A stretch of 64,000 bases of DNA from the NCBI GenBank assembly GCA_002452795.1, contig DKFF01000008.1, positions 18,271 through 82,270 of the forward strand. Direction: 5' to 3'. How positions within the stretch are numbered: the first letter of the stretch is position 1; each line of letters begins with the position of its first letter. Under the pieces are notes generated by a model that had not been told where the DNA came from, ran no database searches, and saw nothing but the letters and a program-made list of their open reading frames with translations. The stretch comes from Dehalococcoidia bacterium UBA6803. Its GTDB lineage: Bacteria > Chloroflexota > Dehalococcoidia > GIF9 > AB-539-J10. Below, piece after piece: positions 49,817 to 60,381 of this stretch. The position numbers were made by a program, and so were the translations under genes.

Positions 49817-51227
49817 CCGCTATCTTTCTGCCTTCGTCCAGCAGTTCCCTGACTTTCTCGGGGCTTTCGTCCTCTGCGTAGATTCTGACCAAAGGCTCCG
49901 TACCCGAGAAGCGAATAAGCAGCCAGGAATCTTCGGAGGTAAAAAAACGAAAGCCGTCGGTAGTATCCATCCTGAGCACTTTACTGCCCGCGATGGCCTG
50001 CGGCATGCTATCAGATAGTCGCTTGAGCATTTCTCCGCGGCTGTCCGGGGAGATATGAGTATCAATACGGTCGTAATAATGCGGGCCAACCTTACTGTAA
50101 AGGTAATCCAGAAGTTCGCCCGGGGTCTTTCCTGTTTTTACCATGAAATCCAGGAAGTAAAGCCCGGCCAAGAGGCCATCCCTCTCGGGAATATGCCCAC
50201 GGAAGCCGTATCCGCCGCTTTCTTCTCCTCCCACGAGGGCATTTTCCCGTATCATCAAGGGGGCAACCCACTTGAAACCTATCGGCGTTTCATAAACGGG
50301 AACAGTAAATATCTCCCCCAGGCGTTTCAGCATGCTGGTGCAATTTAATGACTTGATTATGGCTCCTCGCTCCCCGCGCACTTCCAGAAGATAAAGGGCA
50401 AGCAGGGCGAAAACCTGGTGCTGGTTCAAGAAATTTCCCTGCTCGTCTATTATACCCAGGCGGTCAGCATCACCGTCAGTGGCCAGGCCGACGGCTGCTT
50501 TACTATCGACAACCCGGATGGAGAGCTCCTCCAGGTTTTTGGCAATAGGCTCCGGCTGAATGCCGGGGAAAGAAGGATTTTGCTCTCCATGTATTTCGAC
50601 AAGCGTAGTCTCTCTGCCCTGCAGGAGATTTTTGAAATATCCATTGCCAGCGCCATACATGGAGTCAACAATGATCCTCAGTTTATGCCGCCTCAGTTCC
50701 TCTATGTCCACGAGTGTTTTTAGATGTTTCAGGTAGCTGATATCGGGGTCGAGATAATTGACTGTGCCCTGCTTCAGAGCATCGCCCAGATAAACTCGTT
50801 TGACTTCTTTGATGCTGGAGATACCGGCGATATTTTTCTCCACTCTGCGAGTGGTTTCGTCTGTGGCGCTCTCTCCCCTGGATAGCCTGAACTTAAAACC
50901 GTTCCACGAATAGGGGTTGTGGCTGGCAGTGATGATAATGGCGCCGTCAGACAGGGTATCAGGGACGGTATAGCTTACTACTGGAGTAGGAGTTGGCTTT
51001 GAACATAAGTATACTTTGATCTGGTTACCAGCGATTACTTCGGCGGCAGCCACTGCGAAATCCTTAGAGCCGAAACGAGTATCGTAACCGATCACCAGGC
51101 TTAGATCTTTGTCGGGATTTTCCTGTTTAAAGTAGCTTGCCACCCCCTGCGCGCAGATGCGCACGTTGTCAAAAGTGAAGTCCTCGGCAATGACTCCCCG
51201 CCAGCCATCGGTGCCAAACTTGATCAT
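49809..51227 (-). CDS. phosphoglucomutase/phosphomannomutase
   Basis: 472 aa; active-site TASHNP; four-domain PGM/PMM. Confidence 0.85.
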   Translation of the reverse strand: MIKFGTDGWRGVIAEDFTFDNVRICAQGVASYFKQENPDKDLSLVIGYDTRFGSKDFAVAAAEVIAGNQIKVYLCSKPTPTPVVSYTVPDTLSDGAIIITASHNPYSWNGFKFRLSRGESATDETTRRVEKNIAGISSIKEVKRVYLGDALKQGTVNYLDPDISYLKHLKTLVDIEELRRHKLRIIVDSMYGAGNGYFKNLLQGRETTLVEIHGEQNPSFPGIQPEPIAKNLEELSIRVVDSKAAVGLATDGDADRLGIIDEQGNFLNQHQVFALLALYLLEVRGERGAIIKSLNCTSMLKRLGEIFTVPVYETPIGFKWVAPLMIRENALVGGEESGGYGFRGHIPERDGLLAGLYFLDFMVKTGKTPGELLDYLYSKVGPHYYDRIDTHISPDSRGEMLKRLSDSMPQAIAGSKVLRMDTTDGFRFFTSEDSWLLIRFSGTEPLVRIYAEDESPEKVRELLDEGRKIAGV

Positions 51228-51233
51228 GCTCTA

Positions 51234-52421
51234 TTATAGTCCAGCGCTGGCTCTTAACGCTGCAACTCTATCTGTTTTCTCCCAGGGCAAATCAAGGTCT
51301 TCTCTGCCGAAGTGTCCATAAGCAGCGGTCTGCCTGTAAATGGGACGGCGCAGGTTCAATGTCCTGATGATTGCCTCGGGACGCAGATCGAAATGTTCAT
51401 TGATCAATCCAAGTATAGCCTCATCTGCTATTTTCCCTGTGTGGAAAGTTTCGACTGAGAGAGAAAGAGGGTGAGCTTTGCCAATGGTATAGGCAACCCG
51501 TATCTCGATGCGGTCAGCAATGCCTGCCGCCACTATGTTCTTGGCGATATACCTGGACATATAAGCGGCGCTACGGTCAACTTTCGTGGGATCTTTGCCG
51601 GAAAAAGCCCCGCCGCCATGATGGGCGGCGCTTCCATAAGAGTCAACGATGATTTTACGCCCGGTGAAGCCCGTATCGCTGACAGGCCCACCGATGACAA
51701 ATTGCCCGGTGCTGTTGATGAAAAATTCAGAACTGGAGTCCAGTAAATCAGCGGGGATGGCCTCTCTGATCACCTGCTTTATCAGGTCGTTTTCGATGGC
51801 GGCGTGATTTATTCCGGGGTCGTGTTGGGCGGCAATCACGACACGGGCAACTCTTTTAGGCTTGCCGTAGCAATACTCAATGGTTACCTGGGATTTGCCG
51901 TCAGGGCGCAGATATGGAACAATCCCCTCTTTTCTCACCAGGGCTAACCTTCGGCACAGTTTGTGTGCCAGGGAGATGGACAGGGGCATAAATTCCGGTG
52001 TGACGTTGTGCGCATAACCGACCATCATGCCCTGGTCGCCGGCACCTGTTTTGCTCAATTCGTCTTCCTGTTGACCGCCTTTCTTTTCCAGTGATTGGCT
52101 CACTCCCATATCTATGTCGGAAGATTGCTTCTTTAATGAAACGATTACGCCAACGGTACGATAGTCATAACCGTATTCTGGATTGGTGTAACCAGCATCC
52201 TTGATTACCTGTTTTACCACATCGGGGATATCCACATAACAGTTGCAGGAGATTTCTCCCAGGACTATCACCATGCCCAGTGTCACAGCTGTCTCGCAGG
52301 CGACGCGGGCGTAGGGGTCTTTTTCTAGCATGGCGTCCAGAATGGCGTCGGATATCTGGTCACAAAGCTTATCAGGATGTCCTTCAGTGACTGATTCCGA
52401 CGTGATTAAGCATGACTTCAT
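51234..52421 (-). CDS. metK: S-adenosylmethionine synthetase
   Basis: Start [18 protein letters not shown] (ATG 52419-52421); GHPDK and GAGDQG motifs. Confidence 0.9.
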   Translation of the reverse strand: MKSCLITSESVTEGHPDKLCDQISDAILDAMLEKDPYARVACETAVTLGMVIVLGEISCNCYVDIPDVVKQVIKDAGYTNPEYGYDYRTVGVIVSLKKQSSDIDMGVSQSLEKKGGQQEDELSKTGAGDQGMMVGYAHNVTPEFMPLSISLAHKLCRRLALVRKEGIVPYLRPDGKSQVTIEYCYGKPKRVARVVIAAQHDPGINHAAIENDLIKQVIREAIPADLLDSSSEFFINSTGQFVIGGPVSDTGFTGRKIIVDSYGSAAHHGGGAFSGKDPTKVDRSAAYMSRYIAKNIVAAGIADRIEIRVAYTIGKAHPLSLSVETFHTGKIADEAILGLINEHFDLRPEAIIRTLNLRRPIYRQTAAYGHFGREDLDLPWEKTDRVAALRASAGL

Positions 52422-52483
52422 TTCTTTAAAAGCGTCTTTGCAAGGTCCCGACATGATCATCCTCCTTGATTTATTATTTTATG

Positions 52484-53806
<1,323 letters not shown>

Positions 53807-53910
53807 ACAACGGGCAGAAATATTAAACACGAAGAATATCCTTTTGTGTGTTAAATGCGCAAATTGCCATGTGAAAAAGTGGTTTGGTAGGTTTGCTCGG
53901 GTCATTTAGG

Positions 53911-54438
53911 TTACATCCCCAACATCGGGCGGCATTCCGGGCAAAAAAGCAGTTCTTTTCGGTCGGTATCTGCCAGACAGCCCGAGAAATGCATGATGCA
54001 CCCGGGATTGGTGCAATGAGCAAGTCCAAAAGTGTGCCCCAGTTCGTGCACTATTTCCTTGAGGGCTCTTTTCAAGAGGAGAACTTCATCCGGAGTAGAG
54101 CCGTAAAATTCCTCTCGCAGACGGCACAGGGAGACAATCGCTGTTCCTGTCGCCGGGCTGGCCTGTCCGAAAACGAAATTGAGTCCCCGTGTATAAAGGT
54201 CAATATCGGTTATGCCTACGGCCCGCGCTTCTTTCTCCCCTTCCCCAGGGGCATTTTCGAGCGAGGACAAGAGCATGGAAGAGGAGTACTGGTTTCTGTC
54301 AGGGACATAGAAAACGTCTATTTGCTTCGTGTTCTGTCGTATTTCTACGAGGCAGCCGAAAAACGCCGATAGATTGGAGCGGAGCGTCTCCATGATGTTG
54401 TCATTGATGGAGCCTATCTGTTCGAGAATGATTTTCAT
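53911..54438 (-). CDS. archaemetzincin-like zinc metalloprotease
   Basis: 175 aa; HELGHTFGLAHC plus C-terminal CPEC Cys4. Confidence 0.7.
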   Translation of the reverse strand: MKIILEQIGSINDNIMETLRSNLSAFFGCLVEIRQNTKQIDVFYVPDRNQYSSSMLLSSLENAPGEGEKEARAVGITDIDLYTRGLNFVFGQASPATGTAIVSLCRLREEFYGSTPDEVLLLKRALKEIVHELGHTFGLAHCTNPGCIMHFSGCLADTDRKELLFCPECRPMLGM

Positions 54439-54611
54439 TAAGTAACTTCCTTAAGAGAATGCCTCTGGTGTCGATATTAGCGGAATGCATGATCACCAAC
54501 AAAAGAACTTCAAGAATTTTATCAGCATCGGGCGCTTATTTCACTGCTGCTGTATAATATAGCGGGGTTATGAATAGAGGGTAAATATATTTTTACAAGG
54601 GGGTTTATGTT

Positions 54612-55406
54612 ATGGATTGGGGTATGGCAAATCGTATGGCACAATTAATCAAGGAGGATGGACGCTGTTTCTTCATGCCCATTGACCACGGGTATTTCCA
54701 GGGGCCAACGAGGAAACTGGAGGAACCTCGCAAGGCTCTGGAACCCCTTCTTCCCTATATTGATGCGGTTTTTGTGACCAGAGGAGTGCTGCGCACTTCA
54801 GTAGACCCCGCCGCTGCCAAGCCTGTTATTCTCAGGGTATCTGGCGGTACCAGCATGGTAGGGAAAGACCTGGCTCATGAAGGAACCACTACTTCCATGG
54901 AAGAGGCTATCCGCCTGAATGTGGCGGCGGTGGGGAACTCCATTTTTGTGGGTACTGATTATGAACATGATTCGCTGCTCAATTTGGCAAAGCTGGTTGA
55001 TGAAGGCAACCGCTACGGCATACCGGTGATGGCAACTACGGCGGTTGGCAAAGAGCTGGAGAAGAGAGATGCTCGTTACCTCGCCTTGTGTTGCCGCATC
55101 GCTGCCGAGTTGGGTGCCAGCGTGGTCAAAACCTACTGGTGTGAGAATTTTGAGAAAGTGGTGCAGGGGTGCCCCGTGCCTGTAGTTATGGCAGGTGGCC
55201 CCAAAGTGAGCACCGAGCTTGAGGTTTTCGAGTTTGTTCATGACGGGCTGCAGAACGGCGCTGTGGGAGTAAACCTGGGCAGAAATGTCTGGCAGAATGA
55301 TTATCCTGTGGCTATGGCTCGTGCCTTGCGCGCCATCATTCACGAAAACGCCTCGCCTCGCGAAGCGCAGGAGATATACGAGAGCATAAAGCAAGGGAGG
55401 GCGTAG
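54612..55406 (+). CDS. class I aldolase, DhnA/FbaB family (MJ0400-like: fructose-bisphosphate aldolase / ADH synthase group)
   Basis: 264 aa; colinear with the M. jannaschii MJ0400 sequence as recalled (PIDHG, VVKTYW, GCPVPVVMAGGPK, GVNLGRNVWQ). Confidence 0.75.
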   Translation: MDWGMANRMAQLIKEDGRCFFMPIDHGYFQGPTRKLEEPRKALEPLLPYIDAVFVTRGVLRTSVDPAAAKPVILRVSGGTSMVGKDLAHEGTTTSMEEAIRLNVAAVGNSIFVGTDYEHDSLLNLAKLVDEGNRYGIPVMATTAVGKELEKRDARYLALCCRIAAELGASVVKTYWCENFEKVVQGCPVPVVMAGGPKVSTELEVFEFVHDGLQNGAVGVNLGRNVWQNDYPVAMARALRAIIHENASPREAQEIYESIKQGRA

Positions 55407-55407
55407 T

Positions 55408-56463
55408 GTGAAGCAGGGGCAAATGATGCGGGTGGCTATGTGGTATAACAACCGCGACGTGCGGTTGGAAGAGATTCCTGTGCCTCAAATCGGCGCGGGA
55501 GAGCTTCTCGTGCGGGTGGAGGCCAGTGGCATTTGCGGCAGCGATGGGATGGAATGGTATCGCCTGCACAAGGCACCGCTGGTGCTGGGGCATGAAATAG
55601 CAGGTGTGGTCGTCGCTGTGGGAGAGGGAGAACGGCGTTATAGAGAAGGGGACAGGGTAACAGTGGCTCATCACGTGCCCTGTAACACCTGCCATTATTG
55701 CTTGAGTGGACATCACGGCGTCTGCGAAGCGCTTCTTTCTGAAACGCATTTTGACCCGGGCGGCTTCGCCGAGTACATCCGCGTGCCGGCGATTAATGCG
55801 GATAGAGGTGTGTTTCCGCTTCCTCAGGAGGTGTCTTTCGAGGAAGCCACTTTTGTAGAGCCGTTAGCTTGTGTTCTACGCGGTCAGAGGATGGCGCATC
55901 TGCGACCCGGTGGCAGTGTACTGGTCGTGGGTAGTGGTATTGCCGGGCTTTTACATGTCAAGCTGGCGCGTTCTCTGGGGGCGGGGTGCATTGTGGCCAC
56001 GGATGTTGTTGAGCACCGCTTGGCGGCAGCCAAAAAATTTGGCGCCAATGCTGTTTTTGCCGCGGGGGATTATACGCCTGAGTGTCTGCGAGGGGTTAAT
56101 AACGGCAGACTGGCTGACCTGGTAATAATATGTACAGGGGCAGTGGCAGCCGTAAAACAGGCACTGCAATCTGTGGACAGGGGCGGAACGGTGCTTTTCT
56201 TTGCCCCTGCGAATGAAGGAGATGCTGTTCCCCTGTCGATAAACGAGCTTTTCTGGCGCAAAGAAGTAACGCTTACCAGCAGTTATGCCGGGCCGCCAGC
56301 AGATTCCACATCGGCGCTAGAGCTACTTCGCTCGGGTAGCATTGATGTTCGTGAGATGATTACTCATCGCCTGGGGCTTGAGGAAACGGAAAAGGGCTTT
56401 TACCTTCTTGTCCACCCGCAAGAAGGGCAGGCAATCAAGGTAATTATCGAACCCCAGCGGTAG
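55408..56463 (+). CDS. zinc-dependent alcohol/polyol dehydrogenase (MDR superfamily)
   Basis: 351 aa; GICGSDG...GHEIAGVV catalytic-Zn motifs; structural-Zn Cys4 CNTCHYCLSGHHGVC; Rossmann GSGIAGL. Confidence 0.75.
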   Translation: MKQGQMMRVAMWYNNRDVRLEEIPVPQIGAGELLVRVEASGICGSDGMEWYRLHKAPLVLGHEIAGVVVAVGEGERRYREGDRVTVAHHVPCNTCHYCLSGHHGVCEALLSETHFDPGGFAEYIRVPAINADRGVFPLPQEVSFEEATFVEPLACVLRGQRMAHLRPGGSVLVVGSGIAGLLHVKLARSLGAGCIVATDVVEHRLAAAKKFGANAVFAAGDYTPECLRGVNNGRLADLVIICTGAVAAVKQALQSVDRGGTVLFFAPANEGDAVPLSINELFWRKEVTLTSSYAGPPADSTSALELLRSGSIDVREMITHRLGLEETEKGFYLLVHPQEGQAIKVIIEPQR

Positions 56464-56502
56464 AGGGCGTAAGCGCAGAGGTTGCTTTCGGCGGAGCGGT
56501 GG

Positions 56503-57366
56503 TTACTGCAGGTATTTTCCTAAAAGCAATTTCAGAGAATCCTTCGTTTCGCGCGAAATACTTTCCGGCGCGCTGGCGATAGCGTCTTTGAGTGCGTGTC
56601 CGCAGGCGCAGGTTCTCTCCGCTGGAATGTCATCGACTGCTGTCTTTAATATCTTCTTGGCCGTACCAATGCCTTTTTGCAGATTGCCGATAATCATCTC
56701 TGTGGTCACGGAATCGTGTCTGGGATGCCAGCAGTCAAAATCAGTAACAGAGGCGAGCGTGGCATAACAGATTTCCGCCTCCCGGGCCAACTTGGCCTCA
56801 GGAATGGCTGTCATGCCGATGATGCTGGCGCCCCAGGAGCGGTAAAGCTCCGATTCTGCCCTGGTGGAGTACTGAGGGCCCTCCATGGCCAGGTAAATGC
56901 CTCCTTCGTGGATGTTTGCTCCTGTGCGCCGGCCGGCCTGGGACAGCAGGTGGCTGAGGTCGGGACAGAAGGGGTCGGCGAAAGCGATATGCACCACGAT
57001 GCCGTCGGAGAAAAAGGTACTGTCTCTCCCTTTAGTGCGGTCAATAATCTGGTCTGGAACGACTATGTCCATGGGAGGAAGCTCTTCCTTGAGACTGCCC
57101 ACGGCACTCACTGAAATAATTCTCTCGACCCCTAGGGATTTTAAGGCATAGATGTTGGCTCGCACGGGCACCGCCGTTGGGTAAATGAAATGTCCTTTGC
57201 CGTGTCTGGGTAGAAAAGCGACAGCTTTCCCTTCCAGTTGTCCCAATGTTATGGCAGCGCTGGGCTTGCCGAAAGGGGTGTCTATGGTAACTTCTCTTAT
57301 TTCGCTCATCCCCTCTATCTGATCCAACCCGCTGCCGCCGATGATACCTATCTGTGCCTCTGCCAT
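56503..57366 (-). CDS. mtnP: S-methyl-5'-thioadenosine phosphorylase
   Basis: 287 aa PNP/MTAP family (IGIIGGSGL ...). Confidence 0.85.
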   Translation of the reverse strand: MAEAQIGIIGGSGLDQIEGMSEIREVTIDTPFGKPSAAITLGQLEGKAVAFLPRHGKGHFIYPTAVPVRANIYALKSLGVERIISVSAVGSLKEELPPMDIVVPDQIIDRTKGRDSTFFSDGIVVHIAFADPFCPDLSHLLSQAGRRTGANIHEGGIYLAMEGPQYSTRAESELYRSWGASIIGMTAIPEAKLAREAEICYATLASVTDFDCWHPRHDSVTTEMIIGNLQKGIGTAKKILKTAVDDIPAERTCACGHALKDAIASAPESISRETKDSLKLLLGKYLQ

Positions 57367-57469
57367 GAATGTATTCCTCCTTACGCTATTCAGGGACTAT
57401 TTTAACAGAATTGATCAGGATTAAACCCGCTTTTCCCTGCCTGTGTTCATTGTGGCAGGACGGTTGGAT

Positions 57470-58090
57470 TCAGAGTGGCACTGGTAAATCCTTTATCTGA
57501 CATCCCTGGCATTCCTCTGGCAGGCTGAGATTTTCCAGGTGGAAATCCAGCTTCTTGAGGTCGCGTACCAAGGCGCAAAGAGGCAGCCCGACAACATTGA
57601 GGTAACAGCCTGCACAGGAGGCGACAGGACGGAAAGAGGAGTCCTGGATGGCGTATGCACCTGCCTTGTCCATCGCCTCTCCTGAAGCGATGTAGGTCAC
57701 TGCGTCACTCTTATTGTAGCGCCGCATAGTCACCCTGGTAATGCAGCAGGACGAAGCCAGTCTGCCTTGAAAGAGAGAAGCTATCGCGGTGATGACGAGA
57801 TGCTCCCGTCCGCGGAGAGCAAGAAGCATTGCCAGTGCCTCTTTTTCATCGGTGGGCTTGCCCCAAAATCTACCGTCAATGGCCACTGTTGTATCTGCGG
57901 ACACCACCACTCCCTCTCCTTTGCAGGATTGCGCCTTGCGGATAGCAAGATTGACCAGCGCCTCGGGTTTGTCCGAGCGCAGCGTTTCGTCCACCATGGG
58001 TGTAAAAATCGAGAAGGGGACACCCAGTGCCTTTATGAGCTCTCTTCTCCGTGGGGAGGCGGAAGCAAGGGTAAGATTATCTAATTTCAA
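57470..58090 (-). CDS. maf: Maf-like nucleoside-triphosphate pyrophosphatase
   Basis: TTG start giving MKLDNLTLASASPRRRELI; Maf fold motifs; start codon uncertain; overlaps upstream gene end. Confidence 0.7.
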   Translation of the reverse strand: MKLDNLTLASASPRRRELIKALGVPFSIFTPMVDETLRSDKPEALVNLAIRKAQSCKGEGVVVSADTTVAIDGRFWGKPTDEKEALAMLLALRGREHLVITAIASLFQGRLASSCCITRVTMRRYNKSDAVTYIASGEAMDKAGAYAIQDSSFRPVASCAGCYLNVVGLPLCALVRDLKKLDFHLENLSLPEECQGCQIKDLPVPL

Positions 58091-59243
58091 GGACGGTGAC
58101 ACACTCCATATGATAAGTATAAGGAAAAAGGTCCACTGGCTGCACCTCCGATACTTTGTACGTAGGCGAAAGAGCTTTGATGTCCCGCACCAGGGTGGTG
58201 AGGTTGCAGGATACATAAACAATTTTTGGGGGCAGGAGGGTTAAAAGAGCTCGGAGCATTTCTTCAAGACATCCTGCTCTGGGAGGGTCAAGAATCACCA
58301 CGTCGGGATGCTCCTCGGTCTCCTTCATGACTTCCTCCGCTTTCCCCTTAATGAGACGGACATTTTTCACCCCGTCCAGATTGCGCGCGGCGTCCTGGCA
58401 GGCGGCAGAGGATTCCTCCACGGCGATCACTTTTTCTGCCATGCCTGAGAAGGCTAGAGAAAAGGTGCCCACCCCGGCGTAGGAGTCAACCAGGAGATTG
58501 GATCCCTTGACCCACTGCCCCATAACCTCGATGATTTTTTCCGCGCCTTGCGTATTGACCTGGAAGAAAGAGGCGGCAGAAACCTGAAAGCGATGCCCTG
58601 AAAGAACCTCGTGGTAAAAAGATTGCCCCGTGGGAATACCAGCGGTCTTAATCTCGGGCTGAATGAGAACTTCGCCTGTGGCGCTGCCACACCTGATGCT
58701 CAAGTGGGCGGTTTCCGCGCAGCAGCCGCTGAGACTTTCCAGTGCGGCATTGATTTTCTTGTTCATGAGCAGGCAGGAAGTAACAGGTACAAAGTGACGG
58801 CTTTGCCTGTTCACGAATCCCGGGACGCCTTCTCTGACGGTGAAACGGGCATGGTTGCGGTAATACAGCGTTTCCGGAGAAGAGATTATGGGTAGAACGC
58901 GCTCTTCTTCTATGCCTGCTGGCAAAAGCGCCTCTTTTATTCCCAGGGATTTTATCTCTAGTTGCCGGGCGTAACTGACATGCTGCCACTGGCAGCCTGA
59001 GCATTCTCCAAAATAGGGGCAGAGAGGAAGGATGCGCTCCGGGGAGGGCGTGGATATCTCCAGTACGCGGCAGAAAGAGCGCCTTTTTCTACTGACAATT
59101 TCTATCGTTACTTCTTCGCCAGGCAGAGTGGTGGGGATGGGGGGCAACCCTCTCTCCCCTGCGGCAAGACCCTCTCCCAGATCGTTCAGGCCGTCGATCC
59201 TTACTTGCAGAAGCTCGCGGGTTTCCTTCGGCTCGTTTCTCAT
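58077..59243 (-). CDS. 23S rRNA (uracil-C5)-methyltransferase RlmD/RumA-like (TRAM + Fe-S + SAM MTase)
   Basis: 388 aa; CPYFGECSGCQWQH cluster; SAM-binding motifs. Confidence 0.8.
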   Translation of the reverse strand: MRNEPKETRELLQVRIDGLNDLGEGLAAGERGLPPIPTTLPGEEVTIEIVSRKRRSFCRVLEISTPSPERILPLCPYFGECSGCQWQHVSYARQLEIKSLGIKEALLPAGIEEERVLPIISSPETLYYRNHARFTVREGVPGFVNRQSRHFVPVTSCLLMNKKINAALESLSGCCAETAHLSIRCGSATGEVLIQPEIKTAGIPTGQSFYHEVLSGHRFQVSAASFFQVNTQGAEKIIEVMGQWVKGSNLLVDSYAGVGTFSLAFSGMAEKVIAVEESSAACQDAARNLDGVKNVRLIKGKAEEVMKETEEHPDVVILDPPRAGCLEEMLRALLTLLPPKIVYVSCNLTTLVRDIKALSPTYKVSEVQPVDLFPYTYHMECVTVLEIR

Positions 59244-59291
59244 AATGATCGCTTGATTATACTGGATTGCGAAAGGGGAGAGAGCGTGAAT

Positions 59292-60329
59292 TCAGGCGAG
59301 CGCTTTCCTCAAGCCCTCTGCATATGGCTCGTGAAGTACCCCTTTTTCGGTGACGATAGCGCTGATATAGCGATGCGGGGTAACATCAAAAGCCGGGTTT
59401 GCCGCCGCAATGCCTTCCGCAGCGACGCGTATTCCCTTGATGTGGGTTATCTCTTCAGGGGCGCGCTCCTCGATGGGGATTTCTGCCCCTGAAGCAAGAG
59501 AGAGGTCAATGGTGCTGGTGGGAGCGGCGATATAGAAGGGTATGTTGTTCTCGTGCGCCAGCACCGAAACGGTGTAAGTACCGATCTTGTTGGCGGCGTC
59601 TCCGTTAGCGGCAATCCTGTCTGCCCCGACCACGGCGCAGTTGATTTTGCCTCTGTTCATAAAATGTCCGACCATGGAATCAGTGATGAGAGTTACGGGG
59701 ATACCCATCTGTTTCAGCTCCCAGACGGTCAACCTGGCTCCCTGAAGGAGAGGGCGGGTCTCTGCGGAGAAGACCGTTATCTTCTTTCCTGTGTCATATG
59801 CCGCCTTGATGATGCCCAGAGCGGTGCCATATCCGGCAGTGGCCAGCGGGCCGGCGTTGCAATAGGTGAGCACGGTATCGCCGTGCCTGATAAGCTCTGC
59901 GCCCAACAGGCTGAGGCGCCCGGTGGCCTCTATTTCCTGTCTGTGAATCTCCTCCGCTTCTCTTACCAGGCGCTCCTTCAGTTCGCCAAAATTGCTTTCT
60001 GCCGCGGCTTTACGCATGCGGCCAATGGCGTGAAAAAGGTTGATGGCGGTGGGCCTGGTGGCGGCGAAATCGGCCATCACCTGGGTGAGCGCGTGGCGAA
60101 ACTCCTCCTCACTGTCTGTTTTTATGCCCAGTGCTCCCAGGGCGATACCATAAGCGGCGGCCACGCCGATGGTCGGCGCCCCTCTCACCTGCATCGTTTT
60201 GATAGCCAGAACTACATCGCGGTAGTCTGCTGTGTTTATAAAAGCCTGCTCATGGGGAAGCCTGCTCTGGTCAAGGATTCTTAAGCTATCTCCGAACCAT
60301 TCCAGCGCTTTTATGCCTGTTTCATCCAT
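59292..60329 (-). CDS. mtnA: S-methyl-5-thioribose-1-phosphate isomerase
   Basis: 345 aa eIF2B-like MtnA family. Confidence 0.85.
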   Translation of the reverse strand: MDETGIKALEWFGDSLRILDQSRLPHEQAFINTADYRDVVLAIKTMQVRGAPTIGVAAAYGIALGALGIKTDSEEEFRHALTQVMADFAATRPTAINLFHAIGRMRKAAAESNFGELKERLVREAEEIHRQEIEATGRLSLLGAELIRHGDTVLTYCNAGPLATAGYGTALGIIKAAYDTGKKITVFSAETRPLLQGARLTVWELKQMGIPVTLITDSMVGHFMNRGKINCAVVGADRIAANGDAANKIGTYTVSVLAHENNIPFYIAAPTSTIDLSLASGAEIPIEERAPEEITHIKGIRVAAEGIAAANPAFDVTPHRYISAIVTEKGVLHEPYAEGLRKALA

Positions 60330-60381
60330 GTTTTTGTCCTTTTTCCTTGCATCCTGCGGCGGTATAACAGGGGAATTTTAC

